IMG/VR virus record: IMGVR_UViG_3300010401_000005
Location: 6,113-70,112 of that record
DNA from: a virus
Direction: 5' to 3' (one strand)
Length of the DNA stretch: 64,000 bases
Shown here: one piece after another, positions 9,600 to 18,968 of the stretch
How the letters are laid out: each line of letters opens with the position of its first letter
Numbering within the stretch: the stretch's first letter is position 1
The notes under the pieces: model-generated
Seen by the model: the letters and a program-made list of their open reading frames with translations, nothing else
The model's database searches: none
What the model was told of the DNA's origin: nothing
Translations under genes and position numbers: made by a program

Positions 9600-11018
9600 T
9601 TATAACGCCTCCATCAGACTTTCAAAGATCCTTTGTGCGAGAAGACAAGGAATCCCGTTCCCTATGATCGTAGTCGCAAGAGATGCCTTGTCAGGTAAAG
9701 GGTAGGTATCGGGTACGCTCTGGAATCGCGCTAACGCTCTCGGCGTCATGGAGACGACCCTTCCCATTTCCAGCCAGGCACGGAACGGATGTTTCTCCAT
9801 GCTTGCGGTGAGGGTCGGAGTCGGCGCCGCCGACTCCGCTATCTGGAGATCGCCTGCATAGTTTGCGGGTTTGCCGTCTACCAAAAACGCCCTTTGATTT
9901 GCGTTGCGTCCGGAGGCGACTTGCGCAGCGGCGGACCCCGCCGCTGCGCGGAGTTCCATTGTGGAGGATTCGTTTGCAAGGAATGCCCGAAACACTCTTC
10001 CGCCTTCCGCCGCCTTGATCGTTGTTGCAGGCTCTTTGCTGAGGCGAACGGTGTCCCACCGTTCGCCTGCCGCGTCTCCGTCCATCAGAAAAGCGCGGTG
10101 CTTGTCCATGCCGTGATTGGCTGTCAGACAGGCGGCAGAACCTGCCGCCTGTCTTGCTGACGAACCCTCACCGTTCGGTATCATCAGGATAGCGCGGGGT
10201 ATATTTGCCTGTCGCCGTCCACATTGCGAGGCTGTCAGCGTGTGGCATGGTTCTGCTGACGTTCGGAGCGTCGCGTCTCTGACTGTGTTCTGCATTTCTA
10301 CCAAAACGCTTTCCAATAGTTCGACAGGAAGTCTCTTTAACTGCCAATCAGCAAACTTCGACGACGGCAAGGTATCAATCAGATCCTCTATCGCCGCATA
10401 CCATCCCACCCACCGAGGCGTAAGCGGCACATCGTCAAACAGTCCCGCCGTCATAGGTTTCTCACTGTGCGTCGGTCGTAGCGGCGGTACGGAACCTTTC
10501 AGGACCGCTCGCAATATCAGGCGTTCTCTTGTCTGCGGGACTCCGAAGTCGGCGGCATTCAAGACGCCTTCCGTCCACTGATAGCCACACTCCGATAACG
10601 CACGTCGTATTCGTGCCATGCTCTCGGATCTCTGGTATTTGCGGACGTTCTCCAGCGTGAAGAATCTCGGTTTTAGGACACGAAGGAAGGAGCAGACACC
10701 TTCGGCGGATTCGATGTCTTCCGGCAGTTCCACCCCTCCCGAATTGGCGAGAGAGAAACTTTTACAGACCGGCGACGCATGACCGAATAGAGGTCTCTCC
10801 TCCTTGCGCCAATTGACGCACTGGACAGGCATTGTCAGCACATGCGGACCTACAGCGGAGGCGTAGTGCGCGGAAATGGCAGGGTCGTACTCAACAGCAC
10901 GGATAGGGGTTAAGCCTGCCGCTATTGCGCCGATGTCACATAAGCCGCCGCCTGAAAATAAGGTTGTGATCGTGCCTGCTGTCAATGTGTCGTTCTCCTC
11001 AATCAAATCCTCAAACAT
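9600..11018 (-). CDS. DNA (cytosine-5) methyltransferase with repeated variable region
   Basis: motif I LFSGGG, IV SPVCKSFS, VI LENV, VIII PQTRER, IX RFQS, X IGNG. Confidence 0.92.
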   Translation of the reverse strand: MFEDLIEENDTLTAGTITTLFSGGGLCDIGAIAAGLTPIRAVEYDPAISAHYASAVGPHVLTMPVQCVNWRKEERPLFGHASPVCKSFSLANSGGVELPEDIESAEGVCSFLRVLKPRFFTLENVRKYQRSESMARIRRALSECGYQWTEGVLNAADFGVPQTRERLILRAVLKGSVPPLRPTHSEKPMTAGLFDDVPLTPRWVGWYAAIEDLIDTLPSSKFADWQLKRLPVELLESVLVEMQNTVRDATLRTSAEPCHTLTASQCGRRQANIPRAILMIPNGEGSSARQAAGSAACLTANHGMDKHRAFLMDGDAAGERWDTVRLSKEPATTIKAAEGGRVFRAFLANESSTMELRAAAGSAAAQVASGRNANQRAFLVDGKPANYAGDLQIAESAAPTPTLTASMEKHPFRAWLEMGRVVSMTPRALARFQSVPDTYPLPDKASLATTIIGNGIPCLLAQRIFESLMEAL

Positions 11019-11626
11019 GGTTGCGCCAGGGTATCCCTCACCAATCCCACCGTCTCCCGCGCAAACTTGTTCAGGGTTGTACCATCCGCGCTATCCACGC
11101 CCGCTGATTGGCACAACCGCAACCGCCTCCGTGTATTTACCCGCCCAACATGGACCCGGATACCGAGAGGGTGAAAGAACTCCGTCGCTGCGTGGATGTT
11201 GGACTCTTTCCATGCCGTCGAACCTGCCACAAACACCCAATCAGGGGAGAAGTCCAACACCTGCGCGAAGTCACATCCATCCTGCAACGCTATCGCTACG
11301 TTCAACCCTCTCCCGCGCAGTAGGGGCAGGTAGAGAGAGGCGAGTTCCACGGTTCGCGACCAATCGGCAACGGCGTCGGGTAGTAGCACCCATTCGGGCT
11401 GTCTGTCCTGTGTGGAGACTTTATCCAGCATTCCCAGATAGGCGCAGTGCATTGCTTCATCCCAGACTTTGCCCTTTGTCCAAGCCGCGAAGACTCCGTT
11501 ATCACAGGCATAGGGGCAGAAGGGCGTTCGCCAGCTCTCTGGGGTGTAAAGCATCCCTAAATCTTGTATGTGGGCATTCATCCCAACATAGGACGGAAAC
11601 CCTTTTGCCCCCATGAAATACTGCAT
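11003..11626 (-). CDS. TGT/DpdA-like TIM-barrel protein (putative base-exchange enzyme)
   Basis: ACDNGVF, PDAVAD, LQDG, VAGSTAWK, VHVGRVN, GVDSADGT resemble tRNA-guanine transglycosylase-fold motifs. Confidence 0.6.
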   Translation of the reverse strand: MQYFMGAKGFPSYVGMNAHIQDLGMLYTPESWRTPFCPYACDNGVFAAWTKGKVWDEAMHCAYLGMLDKVSTQDRQPEWVLLPDAVADWSRTVELASLYLPLLRGRGLNVAIALQDGCDFAQVLDFSPDWVFVAGSTAWKESNIHAATEFFHPLGIRVHVGRVNTRRRLRLCQSAGVDSADGTTLNKFARETVGLVRDTLAQPCLRI

Positions 11627-11847
11627 CAGAGTAACCGCGTTTTTGCGTCGTCTACAATTGCCTGCATCATGTCAAGGTAGTTTTGAGCGTCCCTGAGATC
11701 CTTACTCGCCTTGTCCTTTTCGTTGCGATGCTCTGCCCGCTTTGTCAATAGGTGTACCCATTGGCCTAATTCTGCGATGGTATAGGCTTGCCATGCGTTC
11801 GGCTTGTAGTTCGGTTCATCCTTGATAATGCTGCGCGGTGTTTTCAT
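11626..11847 (-). CDS. small helical protein (DUF3310-like pattern)
   Basis: KRAEHR...KDLRDAQNYL; GAGGAG RBS; TGATG coupling to the TGT-like gene. Confidence 0.6.
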   Translation of the reverse strand: MKTPRSIIKDEPNYKPNAWQAYTIAELGQWVHLLTKRAEHRNEKDKASKDLRDAQNYLDMMQAIVDDAKTRLL

Positions 11848-11929
11848 TTGTTCTCCTCAATCAAAACCCCCAATACCCACCGAAACCCCCTCTGACGTGT
11901 CCCTTGTGGTGGATGCTGTCCATTTACAA

Positions 11930-12377
11930 ATGCTAAAACCAACGTGAGGACTTGAACCTCCCCGACATAAACGGTTCCACTCTTGCGAGGCGTTGGTTCC
12001 CGGATTCCGTCTGGCCTAGCCATCCGTGTCGTCTCCCGGCGAAGACATTTCCCGCGAGGTTGCGAATCCTCGTCACGCTATCGGGAACAGGTTTCGATAG
12101 AACGGACTCCCCTCCGTTCGGCGTTTACTTTTTAGCCGTGCCTCTCGTACCTCAATCATGGGCAGGAGACGTTTGATCGACCTTGCGGTTCATTCCGCAC
12201 TCTTGAAAGCCTAGTGTCTCAAGGCCATACGCCGCGATGCTCTCCAGCACCGCTACCGTCAGCATTTACTGCTGAGAATTCTTCAAATCAGAGCGAGTAG
12301 ACTCAACCCGTCCCGGTTGTCTTTGCCGCCTACTCGCCGCCTGCACGGATCTGTCTCCAAGATCCTGATGTGCAAGA
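11930..12377 (-). ncRNA. candidate ~450-nt multi-domain structured RNA with tRNA-like 3' domain
   Basis: >10 consecutive hairpins, long-range CGTCTCC/GGAGACG helix, 3' GAGG-TTCAAGT-CCTC T-arm closed by AACCAACG/CGTTGGTT. Confidence 0.7.
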
Positions 12378-12776
12378 TTACAGAGACGCTACCAGTTCCC
12401 GCAGTTCCTCTTCGGACTTGCCCTCCAACGCCTCATTCTGCTTGCGGTGGATGATCTCAAGGATCTGCTGCTTCTTCTCCGAATTGGCCCGCAGGGTCTC
12501 TGCCGCTTCCTCTGCCACCTGTCGGACTTCAATGACGCGCAGAACGATGTCGAACTTGAGTTTCAGAATCTCGTTCGGCCTGGTCGCCTTCTTCACGAAT
12601 GATGTGGTTCCGGCATCCTGAATCTGCTTGTTCAGGTTCACCGCCAGCGTATCCAGGTCAACGCGGTTCGGGCGGTTTGTCGTCAGCGGGAGATCCCAGA
12701 GGTCTTCCACGGACAGCGGTCCCTGCGTCGTCTCGAACCGAATCTTCTGCTGCGATGCTTGTTCAAAAATGCTCAT
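12378..12776 (-). CDS. conserved phage coiled-coil hypothetical protein
   Basis: IFEQAS..KIRF....G.LSVEDLWDLPL pattern recalled from phage hypotheticals; AGGAG RBS. Confidence 0.85.
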   Translation of the reverse strand: MSIFEQASQQKIRFETTQGPLSVEDLWDLPLTTNRPNRVDLDTLAVNLNKQIQDAGTTSFVKKATRPNEILKLKFDIVLRVIEVRQVAEEAAETLRANSEKKQQILEIIHRKQNEALEGKSEEELRELVASL

Positions 12777-12787
12777 TGTTTTTCTCC

Positions 12788-14830
12788 TTAAAAGATGACT
12801 TTCAACACCTGGTTAAAGGAACCGGAAACCTTTACCACGATGCTATTGCGTTGTGTGGACGAAAAGCCCAAACCGGACAGTTGTTCGTCACTGTTCTCCG
12901 TCCTCATGCGACTTCCGACGATCTCCATAGTCTTGCGATGTGTCTCCAGTTCGGAGGTCAGGAACTCATTGTAAAAGCCTCGTGCCGTACCGTCATTTTT
13001 GCACCCGTCCAGCATGAAGAAGAAGTGCTTGTTCCCCACGCCTCTGCCGTCCCAGAAGTTCGGAGAAAGCATCAACGCCGACACGCGGGTAAACTGCTGC
13101 GTTTTGATTCCCCATTTCTCCCGTGTAGCCTGCGAGGATTGCAGGACAGGGACGACCTCGATTCCCTGCTCGGTGACGTTCAGTTTTGCTACCTCGACAG
13201 TGCCGGTAACGGGCTTTTCGTAGGAGAAAGAATAAACGGTTCCGAGGACATCTATCTCCACGTCAAAACCGACATCCACCGATTCGCGCTTTCGGTATTG
13301 GTTGACGACAAGGGAATAGGTTCCTTTTGCCATAGTCGCCTTAGTACCGTAGAAAATGTTCTCTACCGCGTTTCTGACAAGGACACCGCTCACGTTCATA
13401 TCCACGTCCAGACGCCCGCCCGTTCGCGGACTGTGCTTGTTGGCATAGTGAACATGGAAACCGCCCGCCTCTCGCATGTGAAGATCCAAGTCATCGGTAT
13501 TCCACCACGCCAACCGACAGCACACATCTCCGGTAACGTTCCCACCCGCCGCCTTCACCTTCTCCTTGATGCTATCCGCCACATCGCCCGCATACGACCA
13601 CGAAAACGGGTTCGGCCATTTGAACAGGTTCTTTGCGGTCAGGTCGAACGGCGCAATCAAAGAGACAAGATTGCTGACGTGCTTGTTCTCAAACAGAACT
13701 TCCAGGCTTTCCGCAGTTGGCAGGATGTCCGCAAGGAACTTCTCTATCCCGATTTCCTCCACCCTATCAAAGTTCTTTGCCGCCTGTCCTTTTGTGGGAA
13801 GGGTATCGAACACATCCCCGGCAAGACGGTTCCTGATATTCCTATCTGCGAACAGGACATTCGTTATATTGATGTCCTCCAGTCGCGCATAACGCCGGTC
13901 AAGGGATTCCAACAGCCCCAAGCTTTCGAGTGTCACCTTCGCCGCATCCTTCATGCGAGGAGTAATCAGGGCAGTCGGACGCTTGTAATTCGTACCGCTC
14001 ACCTTGTCCTCGAAACTTTTGACGGCTTTCTCCAAGTCAACGCCCTCGGACAGGTCAACAAGCAAAGTCCCGATCACGTCGTTTCGGAAGCGGCAGGCAA
14101 ACGCATTCGGCCCGACCACCTGAGACCACGCGAAGAGATCCTGCGCTTTGTCGCCGGTAACGTTATCGAAATCCCTCTTCATCTGAGCGAAGGTATCCAA
14201 GACGGCTTTCTTCTCCGCGCCCCGATAGAGGCTGTTTTGAGCGATCAAATCCTGCACCGTCTCAATCGTATCTGTGGTGATCTCTTGCAAACCTCTCAGA
14301 CAAACATCGTGCGCCGAACGATAGTCAGACCATTTCGGGCCACGCAGCGCCGCCGAACAGTAGAGGTTTTGGGGCAGGCTTAGGTTGAAATGATCCCACG
14401 TCAGAACATTCCCGCTGCTCTCCTCAAAGTTCCTGCCCTGTCCTACATGCCCCTCGAAGTGCAGGAATACGTTGCTGATGGGTAGACTTCGGACGTACTC
14501 TGCCAGTGCGTCCACAACTGGCTGATACCCCGGTACAGCCATGTCCCAGAGCGTTTGCACTTCGCCATGCAAAATCGTCACCATACCGCCCGCGTTCTTG
14601 ACAAACGACCGGCACCCGGAACAATCGTGTTCGGTGCGCTCTCGAAACATGGGGTTTGTCCCTTCCGGGAACGAGGCAAGGTAGATGCGCCAGATTTCGT
14701 CTTTGTCGATCTCTGCCTGAAAGATCGGTAGACCTTTCATTTCGTTGAATCGTCGCTGAACTGCCAGTTGGATGTCCTGAAAGTTCAGCTTTTTAACATC
14801 GGTCTCCGCTTTTGTTTGTGTTACTGTCAT
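12788..14830 (-). CDS. large conserved phage protein (HDCxxC motif; C-terminal YfaP/DUF2135-like domain)
   Basis: YLASFPEG..P.FRERTEHDCSGCRSF; W.NTDDLDLH...LDVDMN...AVENI; start MTVTQ after RBS. Confidence 0.85.
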   Translation of the reverse strand: MTVTQTKAETDVKKLNFQDIQLAVQRRFNEMKGLPIFQAEIDKDEIWRIYLASFPEGTNPMFRERTEHDCSGCRSFVKNAGGMVTILHGEVQTLWDMAVPGYQPVVDALAEYVRSLPISNVFLHFEGHVGQGRNFEESSGNVLTWDHFNLSLPQNLYCSAALRGPKWSDYRSAHDVCLRGLQEITTDTIETVQDLIAQNSLYRGAEKKAVLDTFAQMKRDFDNVTGDKAQDLFAWSQVVGPNAFACRFRNDVIGTLLVDLSEGVDLEKAVKSFEDKVSGTNYKRPTALITPRMKDAAKVTLESLGLLESLDRRYARLEDINITNVLFADRNIRNRLAGDVFDTLPTKGQAAKNFDRVEEIGIEKFLADILPTAESLEVLFENKHVSNLVSLIAPFDLTAKNLFKWPNPFSWSYAGDVADSIKEKVKAAGGNVTGDVCCRLAWWNTDDLDLHMREAGGFHVHYANKHSPRTGGRLDVDMNVSGVLVRNAVENIFYGTKATMAKGTYSLVVNQYRKRESVDVGFDVEIDVLGTVYSFSYEKPVTGTVEVAKLNVTEQGIEVVPVLQSSQATREKWGIKTQQFTRVSALMLSPNFWDGRGVGNKHFFFMLDGCKNDGTARGFYNEFLTSELETHRKTMEIVGSRMRTENSDEQLSGLGFSSTQRNSIVVKVSGSFNQVLKVIF

Positions 14831-14857
14831 TCGTCTCTCTTTTCCTTTCACACAAGA

Positions 14858-15145
14858 TTAACCGGCGTGAAGTTTTTCTTGTATCGCCAGCACTTCGATC
14901 TGTGCCTCATCCGTTCCCTGTTGAAGTTCCAGAAGTTGCCTGACCACGCCGACAGGGGTTAGTGGAGAATTGCCGCGCTCTTTCACCATTTCCGCCTCTT
15001 GCCGTGTGTAGTGGTAAATATGATCCTTGTAGGTATCGCATCCACAGCAAGGAGGGCCACCGCCGTAGAACTTGGTACCCTTCTTCGGGCATTCCCAGAT
15101 ACCGTAACTTCCTTCGTTCTCGTTGTCTGCTACAATCGGAATCAT
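14858..15145 (-). CDS. hypothetical protein
   Basis: 95 aa, AAGGAG RBS. Confidence 0.6.
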   Translation of the reverse strand: MIPIVADNENEGSYGIWECPKKGTKFYGGGPPCCGCDTYKDHIYHYTRQEAEMVKERGNSPLTPVGVVRQLLELQQGTDEAQIEVLAIQEKLHAG

Positions 15146-15160
15146 TCGTCTCTTCTCCTT

Positions 15161-15244
15161 TCATCGCGGCCAAACAAGTGCCGCACCGATCACTAATCCT
15201 GCCAACAGCCATACCAGATCCGTCAAGAGTTCCTTGCGCTTCAT
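15161..15244 (-). CDS. 27-aa membrane peptide MKRKELLTDLVWLLAGLVIGAALVWPR
   Basis: not in ORF track; AAGGAG RBS, ATGA coupling, one TM segment. Confidence 0.55.
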   Translation of the reverse strand: MKRKELLTDLVWLLAGLVIGAALVWPR

Positions 15245-16977
15245 GTATCTCCTTTTGTTGGGAATTCCCATTCAAGAGACCAGAAATAACAACCCTTTGG
15301 ATTGTGGTCGTTGCCGAATCGCACAAAAGCCGATGTCGTACTGAAATTGGTAAGGACGCCATGTTCGCAGTCTGTGTGCGTCCTGTCACCTTGCGCGTGT
15401 CCCGGTATGTAGACCACGCTACGGCCAATGTCTGCGGACGAAGGAGAAATCATTTCTTTTCTGCCTCCTTATCAAACACAACTCGAATATTCTTGTAGTT
15501 CGGATGACGCCGCTCCCACTCAGCAGCAACCTCCGCTTCGGTCTCGGTTTCTGAACACGTCATGCGGTGTTTCTCAGGAGTGCCGAAGGGGTTGTTGTAG
15601 TGGATTGTTGCTATCTTCCCCGGTTTATGCGTGTAATCCGTGGTTGCAGGAGGGGCTTCTTCGAGTGCATTCCAAAATCCCATGAATCCGACATCCTGAA
15701 AGGAAACCGATTCGCCGGGGATGTCGTAACCCATAACCTGCTCAATGCAACCACGCGCGGAACAACCCGCAAGCCATCCTTTGACGAGACATTCTGTAAC
15801 CCATCGGGTTTGCTCAAGAGTTGGTTTATCCACGATACCGGGAAGTGGATTATAAAGATTGCTCATCGGCTTGTCCACCACCACACCAGCAGAGTAACGA
15901 CAATGAATCCGATAGCGACAATCACTAACCCGGTGCCGACAAACCGCTCCTGCCGTCTCAGACCCTCGATGAAGTCTTTCGCAGACTGCGGGTTTTCGTC
16001 CTGTTCATCACTTTCCGCATTTGCAAGGTCACGCACAACCACCCCGCGAACATATTCCGGGCGCTCAGGATACCCGCAAAGGATCTCATTTCCCCGATAC
16101 ACAAGCGGCTGTTGGCATACATGGCAGGTCAGGTTCGTCTCTTTGTTGAGAAGATCCGGGTAGAGTTCTTCAAGCGTTTTTGTCTTCATGGCGGTACCCT
16201 TTCACCATTTTCTGAACGGACTTCACGGCGCGTTCTGTAAGGTCAAAAGCCGCCCGTTCCGTCATCCTGTCGCAAAGGTTGTTGTAGAGGTCGTGCGCGT
16301 TCTGTGTGGCTGATGTAGCGGTATCCATGCCCATCTGCGTAAGGATCGCCAACGCTACATCGTCGCCGGTGGGATGGAGGAATGCGTCTGTTTGTTCGGG
16401 TGTCATGGCGTGACGGGTAAACATTGTGATTGTCTCCTTGCCTCGATATTTTGGTACATGCGCTCCTGAGCCACGATGTCGTGTATTCTTTGTCGGCTCA
16501 GTTCAAAGGCTTCCGCAATGTCTTCCATGTCAACGCCGTCCTGCGAAAGCCGGAATATCTCCGCGTTGCGCTCGTTGCGCACTATCGGAGCATCTTCGGT
16601 TAGAATTGGGTACGACATATTGACATTCGGGAACATGCCGTATCCGATAGTCTGGGAAGGGTTCGCCTGCACCCACCGCTCCATGCAGCGTTTGCCACAG
16701 AAGCGCAGAAAGTGGGGAATGTCTCTATGGCAGTATTTACATTTCACTTCGTGTCCCCTTTCACCAATCCCCACGCCCGTTTCTTGATGTAAACCAATCC
16801 ACTCACCGACCACCGCCCGATTATCGCCGCGTTCACTTCACCCCATTCCTTACACCCGGCGCGCAACATGTCGGCATAAAACTCGGACATATCGTTTCGT
16901 CTGCACGCTTTGTCACGGGTGCCGACCAGGGCGTTGGAGAGGGCGATTTCGGGGATGTGGATTTGTTGGATAATCAC
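15241..16977 (-). CDS. run of six small coupled hypothetical genes (15241-15453, 15450-15884, 15863-16189, 16170-16424, 16403-16747 with HTH, 16744-16977)
   Basis: overlapping stop/start codons; 16403-16747 has a sigma70-r4-like HTH (MEDIAEAFELSRQRIHDI). Confidence 0.6.
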
Positions 16978-17042
16978 CGCTTCCTCCGTTTCAGCGGCCT
17001 AAAGGTGATCCGCCGCGCCGCTTTTGATGTCAACCTTTTCAT
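16974..17042 (-). CDS. 22-aa Arg/Lys-rich peptide
   Basis: MKRLTSKAARRITFRPLKRRKR, ATGA/GTGA-coupled to both neighbours. Confidence 0.45.
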   Translation of the reverse strand: MKRLTSKAARRITFRPLKRRKR

Positions 17043-17311
17043 TTGTCGCCTGCCTTAGAAATCTTGAAGGAATCGTTAAACTCCTCCACTTGCGCTTCTT
17101 TGTCCTTGACCGCTTGAATAGCCTGCATCATGACCTCCAGATATGCAGGCGTCGGATCTTTACGGATTTCCTGCCCTGGTACGTAGTGCTGCCATATTCG
17201 CGCTTGAAGCAATCTCGGAACCATGAACCAATGACGCCGACACATCAGCATCTTGGGCGGAACGGGCGTTTCACAACCGTCTGCATGGCATCGGTGAATA
17301 TGCTCACTCAT
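17039..17311 (-). CDS. small zinc-binding phage protein
   Basis: HRCHADGC..VPP.MLMC..HW pattern. Confidence 0.7.
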   Translation of the reverse strand: MSEHIHRCHADGCETPVPPKMLMCRRHWFMVPRLLQARIWQHYVPGQEIRKDPTPAYLEVMMQAIQAVKDKEAQVEEFNDSFKISKAGDK

Positions 17312-17713
17312 CGCAACACCCCTTCTGCCCATTGAATCCTGATCCCGAACCGCTCCGCATGGGCAGTCACGAGATCCCCGATTGCCGACTTCTGCGACTT
17401 CCCACAACCCCACACGCCAGGTTCGCCCGTAATGCAAGCGTGGAAGTCATCGTGTCGCCGTGTGACCACTACGCGGCAACCAACACCGGACTCTTGGGCG
17501 GCTTGGGTGTCCGGTCGCTCCCCATCCACCACGCCAACACCAGCGCCGTCAACATTAGTAGACTCATGCCGGTTGCCAGTTCCGGCGCGTTCTGGATCAG
17601 CGGTTGCGGGTCGGTTTGAATTTGAATGGTGCATTTCAGCATCCTCTCTTCGTCCTTTCTGTGTTCGGGGGCGTGTGGTGCATCCAGGCAGGTAACGCCC
17701 CCTCTTGTTCGGT

Positions 17714-18228
17714 TTAGTTCTGTTCGGCTTTTTCTATCGCCGCTCTCGCTCGTTCCACGGCTTTAATTGGTTCATCGGTATGCCACTGTTCGCGCCCCGG
17801 CACCCATCTGATCACGTCGCGCAATGCTGCAAGAAGATCTGGTGCCGCCTCTATCAGATGGGCGTTGTCGCGAGTTTCGCCGCCTCTGTCTGTCACATGG
17901 CAAACCGTCATGCCATCTGGCCCCCATATGGCGCCATCAGAAGCGTATAGGTGTTCGTCAATGCGCCACGGCGCCGAGGTATGTTTCGGTGTACTCATCG
18001 GTTATCGTCCTCCCGAAACGCAAGCATCTCCGTGTAATCCGTCGCCCCGTCTTCTCGTTCCATCGCGGTAAAGTCTTCCCAATACTCCTGCATCTGTTGG
18101 CGGTCGGAACTCTCTTCTTCCGGCTCGTCATCACAAGACGGAAGATCGTCGGCTTCATCGAACACATAACCGAAGAACGGGACGCCGGTGAGCAGGCGCA
18201 TTTCGAGGGGTGAAAGTTCTGTGGTCAT
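17714..18228 (-). CDS. two small hypothetical genes (17714-17998; 17995-18228)
   Basis: KHT.APW...NA.LI.AAPDLL motif common in phage hypotheticals; ATGA coupling. Confidence 0.7.
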
Positions 18229-18968
18229 CGGTAGTGTCCGCCTTGTGTTCGCTTGAAAAACAGTCTGCTTCGTTCTGTAGTGCGATAGTTGTAAATCCCT
18301 TCCAGCATTGTCACGTAGGAATTCGGGTCTGCCTGCTTCGTAATGCGGGCACTCTGGAATGCCGCCTTTTCAAGCAACCTTGTCCGCGAGAAACCAACCG
18401 TTCGTTCCATCGTGCAGAGCGCAGAGAGGAAGTAAGCGGAATCAGCAACGCCCTGCGCAAAAGGTCGCAGTCCGTCCACAAGAGAGAGAACGTCAAAAAT
18501 CAGTTGCTCGTCCTGATCTTCCATCGTCCATTCCCCACTGATGAACTTGTTATAAGCGGGGCCGGATTGCACACCGAGAATCCGAAGTACCTGCGTCGTT
18601 CCTCGGTTGACCTTATCCAGAATGCCCTCTAACCGCAGATAGGATTCCTTGCCCTGTGCTGCGAAGGATTTGACATAATCGAGTGCCGTCCATGCGCGGT
18701 TCGTCCCGCCTGCCGTCTGCACCGTCTCCATGTCCAAGTTCTGAATGGCGTAGTAGACCGGCAGTCCGAGCAACTTAGCGGCGGCGTATCGGTGCTGACC
18801 ATCCACAATCTGAAACTGTTCGTTGACCGTGATGTGGTAAGCCTCGATAAAGCCGTGCTTCTTCATGCTCTCCATGATGCGGCGAGTATGGGCGTCGGTA
18901 ATGGGTCGCTGTTCCGGGTGGAACTTGAAAAGCGAATAGTCCGTCGTGCATTTGATTTGCATGGTCAT
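18225..18968 (-). CDS. ParB/Srx N-terminal domain protein
   Basis: R.I...SMKKHG...ITVN...IVDGQHR..AAK.LGLPV. Confidence 0.85.
   Translation of the reverse strand: MTMQIKCTTDYSLFKFHPEQRPITDAHTRRIMESMKKHGFIEAYHITVNEQFQIVDGQHRYAAAKLLGLPVYYAIQNLDMETVQTAGGTNRAWTALDYVKSFAAQGKESYLRLEGILDKVNRGTTQVLRILGVQSGPAYNKFISGEWTMEDQDEQLIFDVLSLVDGLRPFAQGVADSAYFLSALCTMERTVGFSRTRLLEKAAFQSARITKQADPNSYVTMLEGIYNYRTTERSRLFFKRTQGGHYR

Noticed and set aside
12599-14383. 594-aa plus-strand ORF
   Set aside because: Antisense shadow of the well-supported ~680-aa minus-strand gene; no RBS or motifs
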